64,000 nucleotides of DNA. Origin: Octopus bimaculoides (taxonomy: Eukaryota). The DNA lies in contig NC_068985.1 in the NCBI RefSeq assembly GCF_001194135.2, forward strand, positions 22,240,899 through 22,304,898. Direction: 5' to 3'. The position numbers and the translations under genes are program-made. Under the pieces are notes generated by a model. It worked only from the letters and a program-made list of their open reading frames with translations, made no database searches and had not been told where the DNA came from. Below, one piece after another: positions 1-14,323 of this stretch (position 1 is its first letter; every line of letters starts with the position of its first letter).

Positions 1-892
1 AACCAAATACTAGCTTAACTTTACTGATCAGACAAGAACTGATATTTTTAGCACCATCTTACTGTAACACATACTGATCAATAACATAATATATAGTTGG
101 CAACAGCCACTGTTAAGTTTTTAGATATCAGGTTTTTTAGTGCATGTGGATAATATTTTTTCCTTGGCAACACATCTTTATATTCTAAAACCAAATATAA
201 ATATGATTCCAATATAGAAATAGGTCGAGTAATTGAATTTAAATACAAATTTAGAAGGTAGAAACTAAATTTGGTCTTTTAATTAAGACAATATATTATC
301 AAATAACTTCTACTATATACTCTGCCAATAACATTCTAAAGACGAACGAAAAGAGTAAAAGAAAAAGATGTCACAATATTTTAGAGAGATAGACATGTCA
401 CACCTATTTTGATCTTAGTGTTAAATATAGAGAAATCCTGCATGATAAAATACAAATAAAATATATAAATGAAAATACTAATTTGCATCTAAGATTTTCT
501 TTACAAAGAAAAATTCTTAAAGACTATTTTCTGAATTATATGTAATTCTTTATTAATCGTTAGTTCAAAAAGAAAAGCAGAGACTTCCTTGAAAAACCCA
601 TGTCTTCAGTAACATTAAAAAGGACATGAATTATAAAGAATTTCAGTCCCAAACAATTGTTATCACTGTTGCTGTATTTGGAAAAGTAAATCTGCCTCAG
701 TTAGAAAAATAACTTCAAAGGTAGCACTGAAGCCAACTCTGTGGATTCCATAAATGATTTCTGCTGCTTTAAGTTTGTTAAGTTGGCATTACAGCCTAAG
801 TTTCTTAAGGCTTTCTACCAGAAAACTACTTATCAGAAATTTCCAGTTAAAAAAAAAGAAAGAAATATATTAATGTATCATGTGGTCTCGAG

Positions 893-1078
893 CAGTGTTC
901 TGCAGCCTTTTTTCACTTGTGGTATACTTATATTCTTTTCAAAATTGGGCAGTACACCTGAACTAAAAATATAAGTAAAAGTACAGGGAAAAATATTATA
1001 TTCAGGTTACACAGTAGCACACCTGGTATCATCTCATGGCACACCAGTGCAGTGTGACATACCAGTTGCAGAGCTCTG
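893..1078. mobile_element. hAT-superfamily MITE
   Basis: Imperfect 14-bp TIRs (cagtgttctgcagc / gttgcagagctctg, 11/14) and an 8-bp TSD gtctcgag / gtctagag (7/8), matching the nTCTAGAn hAT target preference. Confidence 0.75.
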
Positions 1079-2259
1079 GTCTAGAGGTTAGAAGAATCCC
1101 TGGTTTTCATGCAGATAGTCAAAGTTCAATTATTGTTGTGGGAACAGTAATATTTTTTAAAACAGTGTTCTAGCTAGACCACAACCCAATATGAGTGAAA
1201 CTTGTATGTTATTCAAAATATTTTTGAATATTGGTCACTAATATACCTGAGAGTTTATTAACAATAGATTTTGATAATTAAACCTGATTTTTGCTCTTTG
1301 TGTTTTCTACTTAATGCATTTACTCCAAATATTATATTGACAAATACTATATACCATAAATTTTTAATTGCGTGTATAAATAGATACACCTTAGCATATG
1401 CGTATTTGTGTTATTAATACATAAGTATGATCTAAACTTAGGTTATTACAATGAATTACAATGACAAGAAAGGAGATGCACTAAATATCAAGAACAAATA
1501 ATAAATCAATATCACCATGAAACAGAATTGCTCAATCTATACAACCAGATTATATAAAGAACAAGTTAACATTTAAATTCTCTTCAAGCTATATTTATTT
1601 ACTGTTTGTATTAGAATCTTTAAAAATGCTCATCAATTCCTGACACAAAAGCAACAACAAAAGGCATGCTATTAGAGAAATTATTTTCCATAGTTGCAAA
1701 TCAAAATGTTCCCAACTACCAATTATTCACTATCAAAACTTAAAAGTTCTAAAGTGAATATGAAGGTTATTGTTAATGAAAGCAAATCTCATTTCATTCT
1801 GCTAAAAACATTTAAGTTAGAACATTATCAGAATGGTAACACAAAAGGAATCACGCACACACACACACACATATAATCCATCATACTCTATTTAAAAATG
1901 TTGTGATTTTTTTTTCATTGAATCACTACTCTTATTCAGACACCTTTGGGTGGGTACAATATTGTTTGGTATTACTGAAACTATTCTAGTCAATGTTCTC
2001 ACAATATTACAGAAAACTCTCCTTGTTTATTTATGTTTTATTTTTGTGAAGTTTTGTGTTCTTTGTATGTCATGACATAGTATTTCCATTGTGATGTTAT
2101 ACAGTACAGTGTGTAATTATATATAATGGTTATTTCTATTATTATAATGGATTTGTGCCAATATACAAAAAATCATCACTATTATTATTTCAATTACAAA
2201 TACTATTTCATTATATCATTATTATGAAGATTACAGATGTATAGACCTCTCAAGTAGCA

Positions 2260-5050
2260 CCCAACTGTACATTATGATAGCAAGTAAAAAACCCAGGTAC
2301 TACATGAAGTACTACCAAACACCTGGGGCCCTTCTACCCAGAATAGAGATTAACAAAAGGAAGACCTTTACTACTGCCACTCCTACAACCACATCAACAA
2401 TAACAACAACAATATCAACAATAGCAGTAACCCCTCTGACAGCAACAATAGCTACAACAGACATTCCTAAAACAGCGAAGACCAACACCACAACCCAGAA
2501 GAACAGTAAAGGATAGAAAAATCACTATCCTATAGGCATGGACCTCGTTACTGGAAGTTGAATATAACTTTTCTGGTGCATAAAGTCTACAAGAGTAACA
2601 AATTAAATAGGCAGCAGTGGTTACAGCATCATTAATAACTGGTAGGGGAATGCTCTGAAGAGGGGGATTTGAGTAGAATCAATAGGATTTAGCAAAGCAG
2701 TGAAAGAAAGAAAGAAGGAAAGAAGCTAGTGAGTAAATTAGAAGCAATTAGGAAATGCATTGCAACCAATGTACTTGCACTAAGAATGGCTGTCAACCAT
2801 TTCTTCAATGTGAATCTCAAAGGTTGTGTTGTTAGATTTAAGGTGTGTGCTCTTAAACATGCAAGAACAAAAGTTGTTTGATGGACCCAGGTGACAAATT
2901 CACAGTTTGGTTTTTAACAGGCAGGGGCAAGCACATAGTTTATTTGAGTCTCTTATGAATTGAGTCTCAATTCCATGTAGATGTATGTAGCTTTCCAACA
3001 GCGCCTTGCTCAGTGGCTCAGAGTGAGCAATGAAATGGAGACAGTAGTGGATTTTAATACCTACTTCAATAGCCTGCAGTAGCTCTTGAGCAGAAGAAAT
3101 GGGTGAAATGTTGTGGAAATCCACTAACAGCAGTTGAAATGCAGTAGGTGGTTAAGTGGTTGTGTGAGTGACAAAGTGACTGGCTTGTATGAGCTGCCCT
3201 ATGAACCTTATGTAAACATGCTAGACTTGTTCATTAATGTCTTGACAATTGTCTACAATGACTGGCAGCAAAACCAAAGAATTCTCAGTTCTGTGAGCCA
3301 GCAAACAGTACTGCTGCTTAAGAAGAAAACATCATAAATAATTTCTGACCAATAACTCCGTTTAATGCACAGTTTAAGATTTTGTCCAAGGTCTGCACAA
3401 TCCCAACAAGACTCATAAATCATAGAAAATGTAACAAATATGGCTTTGCTGAGCTCTTCTCAATTTATATCAACTAAAAACTTTTGATAGGATTAACCAT
3501 CAACTATCTTCAATTTTGATCTCATTTTCAGAAGCTGGACCACTTTAATATATAGTAGTATTTACTTGGAGAGGTGAAACTAAATGGTTACCTATCAGAA
3601 CCATTTCCTTTCACAAGCTCAATCCATCAAGGATATCTTTGCTCATCTCTTCTGTATGTACTGACTCTAAAGCCATTGCTGCAGAGACTAAAAGCATTGA
3701 GAGGCAATTCTTTTAAAATTGAACATGAAAGAGACATCTTGGTAGCACAAACTCAATCAATCAAGGGTATCCCCTCTCATCATTTCTGTACGTAATGACA
3801 CTAAGAGGCATCTCTTTTGAAATGGAATGTGTAAGAGACATGTAAGTAAATGCTGATGTGACTATAATAGTGTCAAATACTGAGGTAGTTAACACCTTTG
3901 TAAAGGAAATGTGGAGCTGTGATGAACAAAAATTAACCCAGACAAGTTGGTAAGCTTACATCTCAACACCTTGAAAGTAAGCACATGCCAGTGGGTAGTA
4001 TCATAAAACACTTGAACAACTAACTTGATTACGTTGTTTGGAGCCTGATTGAATTCAGATTTTCAGAATGAGGTTATAAGATTAGCAGCCAATGTCATCC
4101 AGAAACAAACTCAGATGAAGCAATCACTGAAAGGTTAAATGGAGATGCTCAACGTATACATTGCTTCTATTATATATTACTGCCTGATTATCATGCTTTA
4201 CCTCAGTTCTTATCCAGCCATATTGGAGCATCTTCTCTATCACTTCTTATGGAAGTGACATGTTTCACCAATTAGCTCTTTAAGACAGCTGCAATCTTGG
4301 GTCAAGCAAATACCAAGACTGGGCGCCAGGTACGTGAAATGTTGTCAGGCAATGAAGCAATAGAACTTCCATATTAGAGAACTAGTATATAGAGAACTAG
4401 TAGTAATGCAGAGTGACAACATTCTTGGAGAAATTCTGGGCATCAGTAAGACTCATTAAACTGAGGAGTTTTTTGGTCTAGGGATGAAGAAAAGTTCCAG
4501 AAACCTGGCAGTGCTACAAATGGATCATAAGAGACTCAAATAAACTTATCAAAATGTATGCAGAATGTCAAGACCATTCTACACTCATTCATTTAGTGTT
4601 CTAGCAATTTTGATTTGTGGAGTTTTACCAAACAGCTGTTGATGCATGAAGGACAAATTCAGCTATTGGTCAAGTATATTGTGAATGTCATCCCCTTGCC
4701 TTTCTTTGGTTGAGAAAGGTAGGCAACTTTCCTTTGTCTGGCAACTTGTGGTGCAAAAGGTTAACTGAAAGGTCTAAAAATAGATTTTCCCTTCAACCAA
4801 ACCCTCAGCAATTTTTTCAAATTCCACTTGGATAAGAAGGTGGAGCGTGGATAAAGTGGTGCTGTCCTCCAGTAAATTTGTTGGAAGGTGGGTGAATGTG
4901 GCAAACATGACCTGACTGAATGAGTTTATTCTCAGCATGCATCTGTAAGCCTCAAAATGATAGCTGGGAAAGTAGACCTAACCTTAATAATTAGGGTAAC
5001 TCTGGATCTGTAAGGATCCTAGACTGGCCCAAGGTAGCACTCTGCCTCTC
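2260..5050 (+). mobile_element. Degenerate L1/Tx1-like LINE
   Basis: RT-like fragments: LPYEPY..MLDLFINVLTIVYNDW...VLLLKK (3134-3337) and LNGYLSEPFPFTSSIHQGYLCSSLLYVLTLKPLL (3574-3795), a decayed 'NG.LS.PF...RGVRQGCPLSPLLY.L.LEPL'. Many stops and frameshifts; boundaries approximate. Confidence 0.7.
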
Positions 5051-5112
5051 CAGAGATGATCACAAATATAGAGATTGTATACAGTATTTTCTCTTGTTAT
5101 TTTATTTCTTTC

Positions 5113-5144
<32 letters not shown>

Positions 5145-5933
5145 CAGTTTCATCTTTCTGATATCAGCGTAAACCCCAACATTTTTGTAATCTGTACCTA
5201 TAAAGTACCCTTATCGATCCTCTTTGTATCAATGCAAAAAAAAAAAAATCACTATCATCACTGTCATCATCATTATCCTCCTCATCATTATCCTCTTCAT
5301 CATCACTATTACTAATTGCTTTTGTTCACGTCTGTTGACATGATCAGCTTTGCACATAACAGGAATATGTAAATATGATTACATGTACATTGTGAGATAT
5401 TAGGTGGCGGTAGCGGTGGCGGTGGTGGTGGTGGTGGTGGTTGTGGTAGTGGAGTGGGTGTGGGAGAAGAGAAGAAAGAACTAATGAATGAGTGAAGGTT
5501 GTACCAGTTAATAGATTCCAGATTCTCAACAGAAATGTATCAGAAAATTGTCAGTCTACAGGTACACTACTTTAAGCTGAAAGATGGCAGAATCAGAAAT
5601 ACACCAAAGCAGAAAAATTATTGATTATTGTATTATTTTTCTCCAATAATGTACTATACAAATCCATCTTGATTCTTGCAGTATGCAGCAGTATCCCATA
5701 TTCAACTTTTGATTATTTTTTAAACTTATTTCCATGAAAATAAAATTCAAATATTCTGTTAAATTATAGAATCCGTAAAAAATGAATTAGAAAATAGCAG
5801 TTTGATAATAGATTAACCCCTATATCTGTGTGCGTGCGTGCGTGCGTGCGTGCGTGTGTGTCTCTCTCTATTGATAGAAAAGACAACAAAAGAAAGAAAG
5901 AGACCTCGATATTATATAAATAGAGGAATTTAG

Positions 5934-6027
5934 CTGTAAAAATATGTGACAATTATTCGGTTTCCACTCCGGCATCTGAAACTCGGGGTTTTATCATGGC
6001 TACCGAATAATTGTCACATATTTTTAC

Positions 6028-6029
<2 letters not shown>
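5934..6029. repeat. Perfect 28-bp inverted repeat with a 40-nt spacer
   Basis: ctgtaaaaatatgtgacaattattcggt (5934-5961) is the exact reverse complement of 6002-6029. Confidence 0.9.
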
Positions 6030-6065
<36 letters not shown>

Positions 6066-6415
6066 ATTATCCTTATATATACATGGATTATTTCTGCAAA
6101 TTTTAATGAGGTACCTCATAGAGAATATGTGTAAATGAATCAACTGAATTTTAATGAGGCAAATTAATATTTATCAATTAATATTGATAACTATTAATTA
6201 ATATCAATTAATAATTTTAAACTCAGTTCACAGACACTGTAGAGGCTAAGATGCCATATCTTTGGAAGGGGCATAGCCATCTGGCTAATAAGTTCAACTT
6301 CAGTGATTTCAGATTTGAACATGCTGTGCAAATATTTGGGTATTTTCTACTATAGCCTAGGGTTAACCAATGGTTTCAAAGCAGGATTGAAAGGCACAAA
6401 CTATGCAGAGACGTG

Positions 6416-6473
<58 letters not shown>

Positions 6474-8774
6474 NNNNNNNNNNNNNNNNNNNNNNNNNNN
6501 NNNNNNNNNNNNNNNNNNNNNNNNNNNNNNNNNNNNNNNNNNNNNNNNNNNNNNNNNNNNNNNNNNNNNNNNNNNNNNNNNNNNNNNNNNNNNNNNNNNN
6601 NNNNNNNNNNNNNNNNNNNNNNNNNNNNNNNNNNNNNNNNNNNNNNNNNNNNNNNNNNNNNNNNNNNNNNNNGAGTCTTCATGTCAAAAACATAACTCAG
6701 TGACTGAACAGACATTGATAGAATAAATACCCAGATTGAAATAATTTCAAGGGTCAATATAAATTCTAACATGAGATGATGACTAAAACTCTCCAAAGGT
6801 AAATGGCCACAGTCCAATGATTGAAATCAGTAAAAGAATAAAAGAATACTGCCTTAATAAAAAAAAAAAAAAACTAAATGTACTAAAATGATGTGGATTT
6901 TGATAGCTTGCTCATTCAAAGAATAATTATTAAAAAGCATAAAGTTTTATTGATTTCTTATGTAGGTCAAAAATTTGTAGAAGAAAGAAAGTAGAAACAA
7001 ATTGAATTTGAAATATTGCTAATTTTAACAGCAATTATTTATTATTTCTGACATAGGCTTAATTGTTTAGTATTACATTAAAAAGATTATTAGTAAGGTG
7101 TATAGCTTCTTGCAGCCTTGCGGGGCACCACATTGAAGGGCTTTAGCCAAACAAAATCAACCCCAGTATTGAGATTTTTTTGAAGTCTAGTACTTACTCT
7201 ATCAGTCTCTCTTGCCAAACTGCTAAGCTATAAGGATGTAAATAAACCAACACAGTTGTCAAGCAATGGATGGAGAGAGACACACACACATATACATAAT
7301 GGACTTTTTTCAGTTTGTCTGCCAAATCAATGTACAAGGCTTTGGTTAGCCTGGGTAAGACACTTACCCAAGGTGCCATGCAGTGAGACTGAACCCAAAA
7401 CCATGTGGTTGGGAAGGAAACTTCTTACCACACAGCCATGTCTGCTGTATATATAGGAAGAGATATTACTCAAAATAGCAGTAATAAAATCCATTTGTTC
7501 TAGCTATGCACAAGGCCATTTTTGAAGAGAAGAAAGTTGAATTAAATTAATTTAATATACTATTGTTACTTATTGTAAAACCTCTACACAGGAACAACAG
7601 GGAAAAAACTAAATATGGTAAAAACATTGACTTAAATGTTAATATTTTAACTATTTCATAAGACAGCAAGCTGGCAGAATCATTAGCACACCAGCAAAAT
7701 GCTTAGTTGCATTTCGCCCACCTTTGCGTTCTAGGTTCAAATTCCACAAAGGACAACTTTTCCTTTCATCCTTTCAGGGTCAATAAAATAAGTAACCAGT
7801 TGTGCACTCAAGGTGATGTAATTGGCTTACCCACTCCCCTGAAATTGCTGGCCTTGTACCAAAATTTGAAACCAATATTTTAACTATCTCCACCACTCTT
7901 TGTACCAAATAATACTGATTTCTAAGATAGCCCTTGATTTTGGGGGTAATGACCATTGTCGATTATATTGTCCCCTATACTTGATTAATACTGATCTTAT
8001 GAATTCTGAATAGATGAAAAGCAAAGTTGTACCCAGGCAGGATTTGAACTCAAGACTTCTAAGTAGTTACCAGTCTACTAATTCTACCAATTAGTCAATT
8101 TGTAACAAATACTATACTATTGATAATAAAATTAAAGTGGTGTTTTGAGAGAAATAAAGAACCACAGGACTTAATCAAGCTTAGCCTTCATCCATCCACT
8201 CTAGGTCAATAAATTAAGAAACATGGCTGATTCTACCTCTACAAAAGTGGCCTTGAGTCTATTCAAAAGAAATATTTATGTCAATGATTTGTCTGTATAA
8301 ATATATAAAATGTATATGTTAATCTACTAATTCTAAGATAATTAGTAGAATTTATTAGTATTAATCTACAGAACTAATACATGTGCAGTTAACTCTCAAC
8401 TTTGTTGAATAGAAAACCTAACAACACAGCCAATCTATCTTCTGTTTTTACTGTACAGGTGATATGTTATATATTGCTACATTAGAACTGATACTCTTCA
8501 TATCACAACATTACTGGTATAATTCATGTTGCTACTACACAGATGGTACAGTTTATATCACTGCTTTACAACTGACACAAATTATATCACTACTACATGG
8601 TTAGTATACTTCTTACCATTGCTATGAGGTCAACATATTGTGGTTATACTACTTTGATAAAGTACATTATAATTACACCTCAAAATTGGTACACACTTTA
8701 TTTGTAAACTCTTCAACCGTGCACATGTATTTTAGAAGTATAGAGTTGAGAAATATATTGTATTTGTACAATAT

Positions 8775-9050
8775 CATAGATATACTTCAAAACTGTATTT
8801 AGCAATTTATATACTTCAAATCTATATTTCACAGTTGTTATACATCAAGCCTATTTTTTGCAGTTGGTATACTCCAAGCCCATATTTCACAGTTGATACA
8901 ATTCACACCTATATTTCACAGCTAATATACTTCATACCTCTATTTCAAAGTTATTATACTTCAAACCAATATTTCACAATTGAGATACTTCAATCTTGTA
9001 TTTCACATGATATACTTCAAACCTGTATTTCACAGCTGAAATACATCATA
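8775..9050. repeat. Degenerate ~29-bp minisatellite
   Basis: Repeated unit resembling tatatttcacagttgatatacttcaaacc, about 9 diverged copies. It accounts for ORF 8835-9095. Confidence 0.7.
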
Positions 9051-9703
9051 TATGTACCACACATTTGGTACATACTGTGGCATTTATATAAATAATATTT
9101 ATTAAATGATATTCTTTACATACAGTGTATACTGTGTGTACTAAAATTGGATGTGCTAAACTTTAAAGTAAATATTATTTTATAAAATATAATTTTTATC
9201 TTCAATTATAGTTCATAAAATGTACAATACATACAAAACTGCAGCACTCATACTTATAAAAGTTAGTAATTAAACTTAGAATATTATTTTCTAATCTAAA
9301 ACTACGTAAGGCAATATCTAAACAAGCTTTGTATTCAAATATTTTGAGAAATTATGGAGCACATTATATAGTAATGTCACTGAGTCAATGATGGAGCTTC
9401 TGTAAGGTTCTGCACTGGATAATGCAATCATAGATTACCCTAAAAGAAGAGGAAGGTCACAACAAGAATACATCTAATCAGTGATCTTCTTAATCAGGAC
9501 TTAAACAACATCAGCTCAGTATATAAATAGCATATCAGCAAAAGACTTAAGCATTTTTCTTGATTACTTTATCCTCTTCTTTTACCAAATTCCCATATAT
9601 GTAGTTACTAAAAAAAAATCATTACTTCTTGTGCCATCTTATTATTATTAGAGAGTAAAATTGTCACACTTGAACAAGGATGATACTTCACATCTCTTCT
9701 GTC

Positions 9704-10392
9704 CTAGTATTCTGCAGATTTTTTGACAAGGTTTTGATTTGTTCTGCCCTAATTTCATTTGAGACTCTAATAGGAAAAAGAGAGCGAGGACAAGAGAAAA
9801 AGGCAGAAGAGAAGAGAGTATTGTATGAGAGGGTTGACAAAAACAGGGATGTGTTTTCGTCAACTTTCTCATGCAATATTCTCTTCTCTTCTTTCTGTCC
9901 TCAATATTTATAATTTTCTCCCATTTTTTGTATTCAATGTTTTTTGTTTTTATTTATTTCTTTTTTAATTTCCATACTGACATAACATTAATTTGGTTCT
10001 ATGTGGCACCTGTCCAACTATGCTTAGTATTGGCATAAAAACAGGCCAGTTGTGTTAAGATCACCTGCTTGGGTGACATTTGCTTTCCTATTTCAAGCCT
10101 ACGTGCATTTTCTTAGTGCAAAAGAACAAAATTCAAGATAGAAAAGAAATAAAATGGAGATTTTAGCTGCAGCTATTAACTCAGTTGTTCTGATGTAACA
10201 AGCTGTTGAGAAATCATTTTCAATAGATTATTTCTATTACAGATTATTGAAGATCAAACCTATTTTCACCAAAACTAATTTATCAAAGACCAACTGGTTC
10301 AAATCTGAGCTACTCTCTCTTTCCTATTAAAGGCTCTACTGCAATTTGGATAAAACAAATCAAAGCCTTGTCAAAAAATCTGCAGAATATTA
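9704..10392. repeat. Inverted repeat pair, ~80-bp arms with ~530-bp spacer
   Basis: 9709-9743 versus the reverse complement of 10354-10388 matches 34/35; similarity extends to about 9784 and 10313. Confidence 0.85.
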
Positions 10393-10698
10393 GAGAGGCA
10401 GGACAAAGATGTTTTTCTCAGCCTCTTTTGTCCAACGCCCCACTCCGATTTTCTATTTAAAAAAACAGCCCACCTCCCTATGAAAAAATATTGCATATAG
10501 GCATGCATGCCTGTATGTATATATTATCATTATCATTTCAACATCCAATTTTCTAAGCTTACATGAGCTGGATTAACATATAGACATGACAGACACACCA
10601 CAAAACATCGTTTTATGTTTATTCTAACTTGTAAAGGTTTATATTTTTTTATTAATTGATATTTTTATGCTTCAGGTTCTATATGTGACTGTTTAATC

Positions 10699-11100
10699 AT
10701 GCCATGTACAAAAGAAGTCTTGGAACTGTTTGAATTTCAAAGAAGCCATATAGTGGGTCATTCTAAAGGTGGACATAGTCGGCATAAAATCGCAGAAAAT
10801 CTCGGGATCATGCATTCTACAGATAATAGAGTGAGTGTGCAATTCACTAGAGAGGGGAAGGAGTTCACATCACCTTGCCCAGTTCAACCAGGGCCCTCTG
10901 ACAGGACCCTTCTCTTTGTTAAGAGAAGTGTGGAGGATAATCCTTGTTGCAGGGCCTCTGACATAGAACAAGTTGATGTCAGTCCCAGAAGAGTTGTCAG
11001 GTACCTCCACAAACTTAGTTACTATGGCAAAGCAGCCAGAAGGAAGCCACTTCTTCAACAAGCCAATATCAAGTGGAGAAAAGATTGGACCAGTGAGATG
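10699..11100 (+). mobile_element. Tc1/mariner transposase N-terminal fragment, truncated before the DDE domain
   Basis: ELFEFQRSHIVG..KGGHSRHKIAENLGI.HST..RV (paired-like HTH) followed by VS.R.V.RYLHKLSYYGKAARRKPLL...NIK.RKDW, typical of Tc1. No TIRs recognised. Confidence 0.85.
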
Positions 11101-13518
11101 GTTTATTCTAAGGGTGTCTATTTACTTCTGTCATGTCTGTGTATATAGACATATTTATGCATACCATATATGCTTATAAATATATATAATAGGCACAGAC
11201 ATGTGGCTGCATGGTAAGAAATTTGCTTCCATACCACATGATTTCAGATTCAGTCACACTGTGTGCCATCTTCAGCATGTGTCTTCTACTTTAGCCCCTG
11301 GTTGACCAAAACCTTGTGAATGAATTTGGTAGACAGAAACTGAAAGAAGCTTGTCATATCGTGCGTGTGTGTGTGTGTGTGTGCGTGTGTACGTGCGTGT
11401 GTGCGTGTGTGTGTGTGATTTCTAAGCATCATGTGGTGGTTATAAATGAACATCATCATTTTTCCCAACCTTCCATGAAAAAGATGTTTAGCTATGGGGA
11501 AATATCACACTGCTTGGAAACAGGTGAGTATTGCTGATAGGAAGGGCATCTAGCCATAGGAAATCTACCTAAATATATTCCGTTTGACCCATGCAAGCAT
11601 GGAAAAGTGGACAAATGATAATGATGAACATGATTGTAATCATGATTGTATTCAAGAGAAGCTTTAATTATAACTTTTATTTTAAGTTTATTCACTTGTT
11701 GCTTACACCCCATTCTGAAGTAACCCATGTCTCACCAAAATATAGCCACATCCCACTGATACAGAAGATTCCTAACACTTATATGCTTAATCATTTAAGT
11801 TCACCACACAAAAAAGCAACAACATAGTAGGTTAACTATTCATTTTTATTAAAAAGGCTTTCACAAGGTCTAATAGTATTAAAGATGCTTCTATAACCTA
11901 CAACCTATTTTTTATGGTTTTGCTTTTTGTTGTTGGATTTATTTTTTTCCATCTACACCCTTATTTATAGTTGTATGTTATCAGTAAATATGTTTACAAA
12001 GAGCACTATTCCCAGGATACAAGTCAGTTCTTTGATAACAAACATCCAGATTAGGTTGGATGCTGATAAGCGGTTTGGTGGCTTATAATTCTCTGTTCAA
12101 ATCTTGCTAAGGTTAACTCTCATTCTTTTCATGACATTAAAGTAAATATCACAGCATCCGCCTTATAAGATAGAATACCAATAGCCCACTCATTCATTTC
12201 TTGAGATAAAATATCTTCATCCATAAAACTAGAGAGAGAGATCAAATCATAGATGAATGATGGAAGATTAACAGAACCATAATTCATTTGTATTTTTCTT
12301 TCTTTCTTTTTTTTATTCATATTCTCAAACAATCTTATATGCAAGTAAATGCTTTGTTTTAGTTTTCCACTTGATCCTTATTTTTCTTCAAGAATTCAAC
12401 CAAGGCTAAAAATATTGTTTTGATTGTTTGAATAATTTCAATCCTTCAGTTGTTTGCTTTTAAGTTTTTATTGTATTGTTTCTTAATGAATTGTATAAAA
12501 TACATCAATGATATCATCTCATATTCAACTTCCATGCTAGCATGGATTATATTATAAGGTTCAACGGGATCCAATGAGTTGGAGAACTGTGTCAGGTTCC
12601 AAATGTTTGCTTTAGTATATCTAAAGCTGGATACTCTTCCTAATGCTAACCATTTCACAGAGCATACTGGGTACTTTTTCATGGCACCAGCCCTTATGAG
12701 GTTGCCATATAATTCAAAAGATTAAAGATCTTCTTTGACTGCTCGGGAGTATAATAGAGGAGGTGGTGACTTCATACTAAATATCAAGAGGTTAAAATAT
12801 AAAAGGAAGAGGAACAGGTTTCTTTCTATGGTTACCTCATGTCATATAAAGGTGAGTGAGAATAATCAGAGTGGAGCTGAAAAGAAAGGCAAAGACGATG
12901 GTAACAAGGTGTCCAAGTGTACCCTTAAAGTACAAGAAGGTGAATAGAAGAGAAAATGGAAGCAGAAAATCAAGACGAGAAAAGGCTGCAAAAGTGTGTG
13001 GGGAGAATGTTAGAGGTAGGGGTCAATGTGAATGTAGTGAATGGTGAACAAGGGCAGACAAGCAGTTGATGGTAAATATAAGTTAGAGGGAAGGTAGAGG
13101 AAAGGAGGTGATGACTTACAATACAGAAAGCATGAAAAGCATCAGAATGATATAGTAGATAGGAGAAAGATGAGAGAAGAGATGACATGTAGGTAGTGGG
13201 TGGGTAAAAGTGAGACATATAGTGATAGGTGGTCAGAGGTACAAGGAGTGAGTCAATAAGGATGGTTCAAGGGAGAAGGAGCAGTAACTGATACCACAGA
13301 GAGGTTGACCAATGGAAAACATGAGTGGGAAGGGATGCTGTTAAGAATGAAAGCTGGATGTCAAAGGAAGTGGTACCAGAAAACAGGAGATAGTATAGAA
13401 AATACGTCTTTTTATACTAAACCCATTGAGGTGAAGAATTTTGCAATGCAATATATATTTGACAATGAAATAAATACCGTTCTATATTTAAGAGATGAAG
13501 AATTATGTACATTATTTA

Positions 13519-13650
13519 TTATTTACAATTGACGGATATTTGTCCTCATTTTGTTTGTTTCCCCAAGACACCTGATGAAGGGTGGCGGGTTTATCAGCTG
13601 AAACGTGTTAACAAACAAGATGAGGACAAATATCCATCAATTGTAAATAA
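13519..13650 (+). mobile_element. Penelope-like inverted pLTR fragment with a decayed hammerhead-like core
   Basis: 41-bp arms 13519-13559 and 13610-13650 (39/41). The loop contains CTGATGA (13572-13578) and GAAAC (13600-13604). Confidence 0.6.
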
Positions 13651-14323
13651 ATACCTGTACAAACCATGTATTTTAATCTAATTTCATACAATGTGTCTGA
13701 AATGTTACAAATGAAGTTGATTTTACTTAATTACAACATATTAGTAACTACTCGGACACAGAAATATCTTGTATAAGTTTCTTGCAAACTGATATGGTTC
13801 TCTGCTATATATCTGCTTTTTTGCAGCAGCCACAAACTACCTGATCAGCCTCAATGAAATGATTCCTTGTTTTAAAGATAGTGACGGATCTTTAGTTTGA
13901 GGCATACTGAAAGAAAAAAAACTTTAAACCTGCTTAACAAGTCAGTTTTTATATGAATCTTTCAAAAGCATATCAGAGTAAACAGTGAAACTAGATAGGC
14001 TAAGAGCTAAACTCAAAATAAATTCCATAGGATAATTATAAAGAAAAGAAAAAAAGAAAACAAGTAAAAATAAATTGGGTTAATTAATGTTTCTTCATAT
14101 TTGTGGACACTTGTATATTTTTGTTAATTAGGCAACATTTAGATTGGTAAATAAGTATAGAGCTTATGTTTCTATTTATTTATTTTTTAAATTTTAACAG
14201 CATGAACGAACTAACTAACAGGATTAAATTACATTATAGGCCTAATGTAGAAAAGCAGCAAAACCTATGAAAATAAAGATGTGTGAGTAAAATCAAAACG
14301 AAAATTTAATTCTCATGGTTTAA

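Noticed and set aside
6303-6817. Long ORFs in the track (also 15298-15546, 53957-54376 and 54534-55049)
   Set aside because: They are (GT)n/(CA)n microsatellites and N-gaps translated as VCVC, HTHT or X runs.
8450-9050. CRISPR-like array
   Set aside because: Degenerate tandem units without unique spacers, in a eukaryotic context; it is a minisatellite.
12735-13400. Purine-rich ORFs
   Set aside because: Low-complexity A/G-biased sequence with no domain signature.
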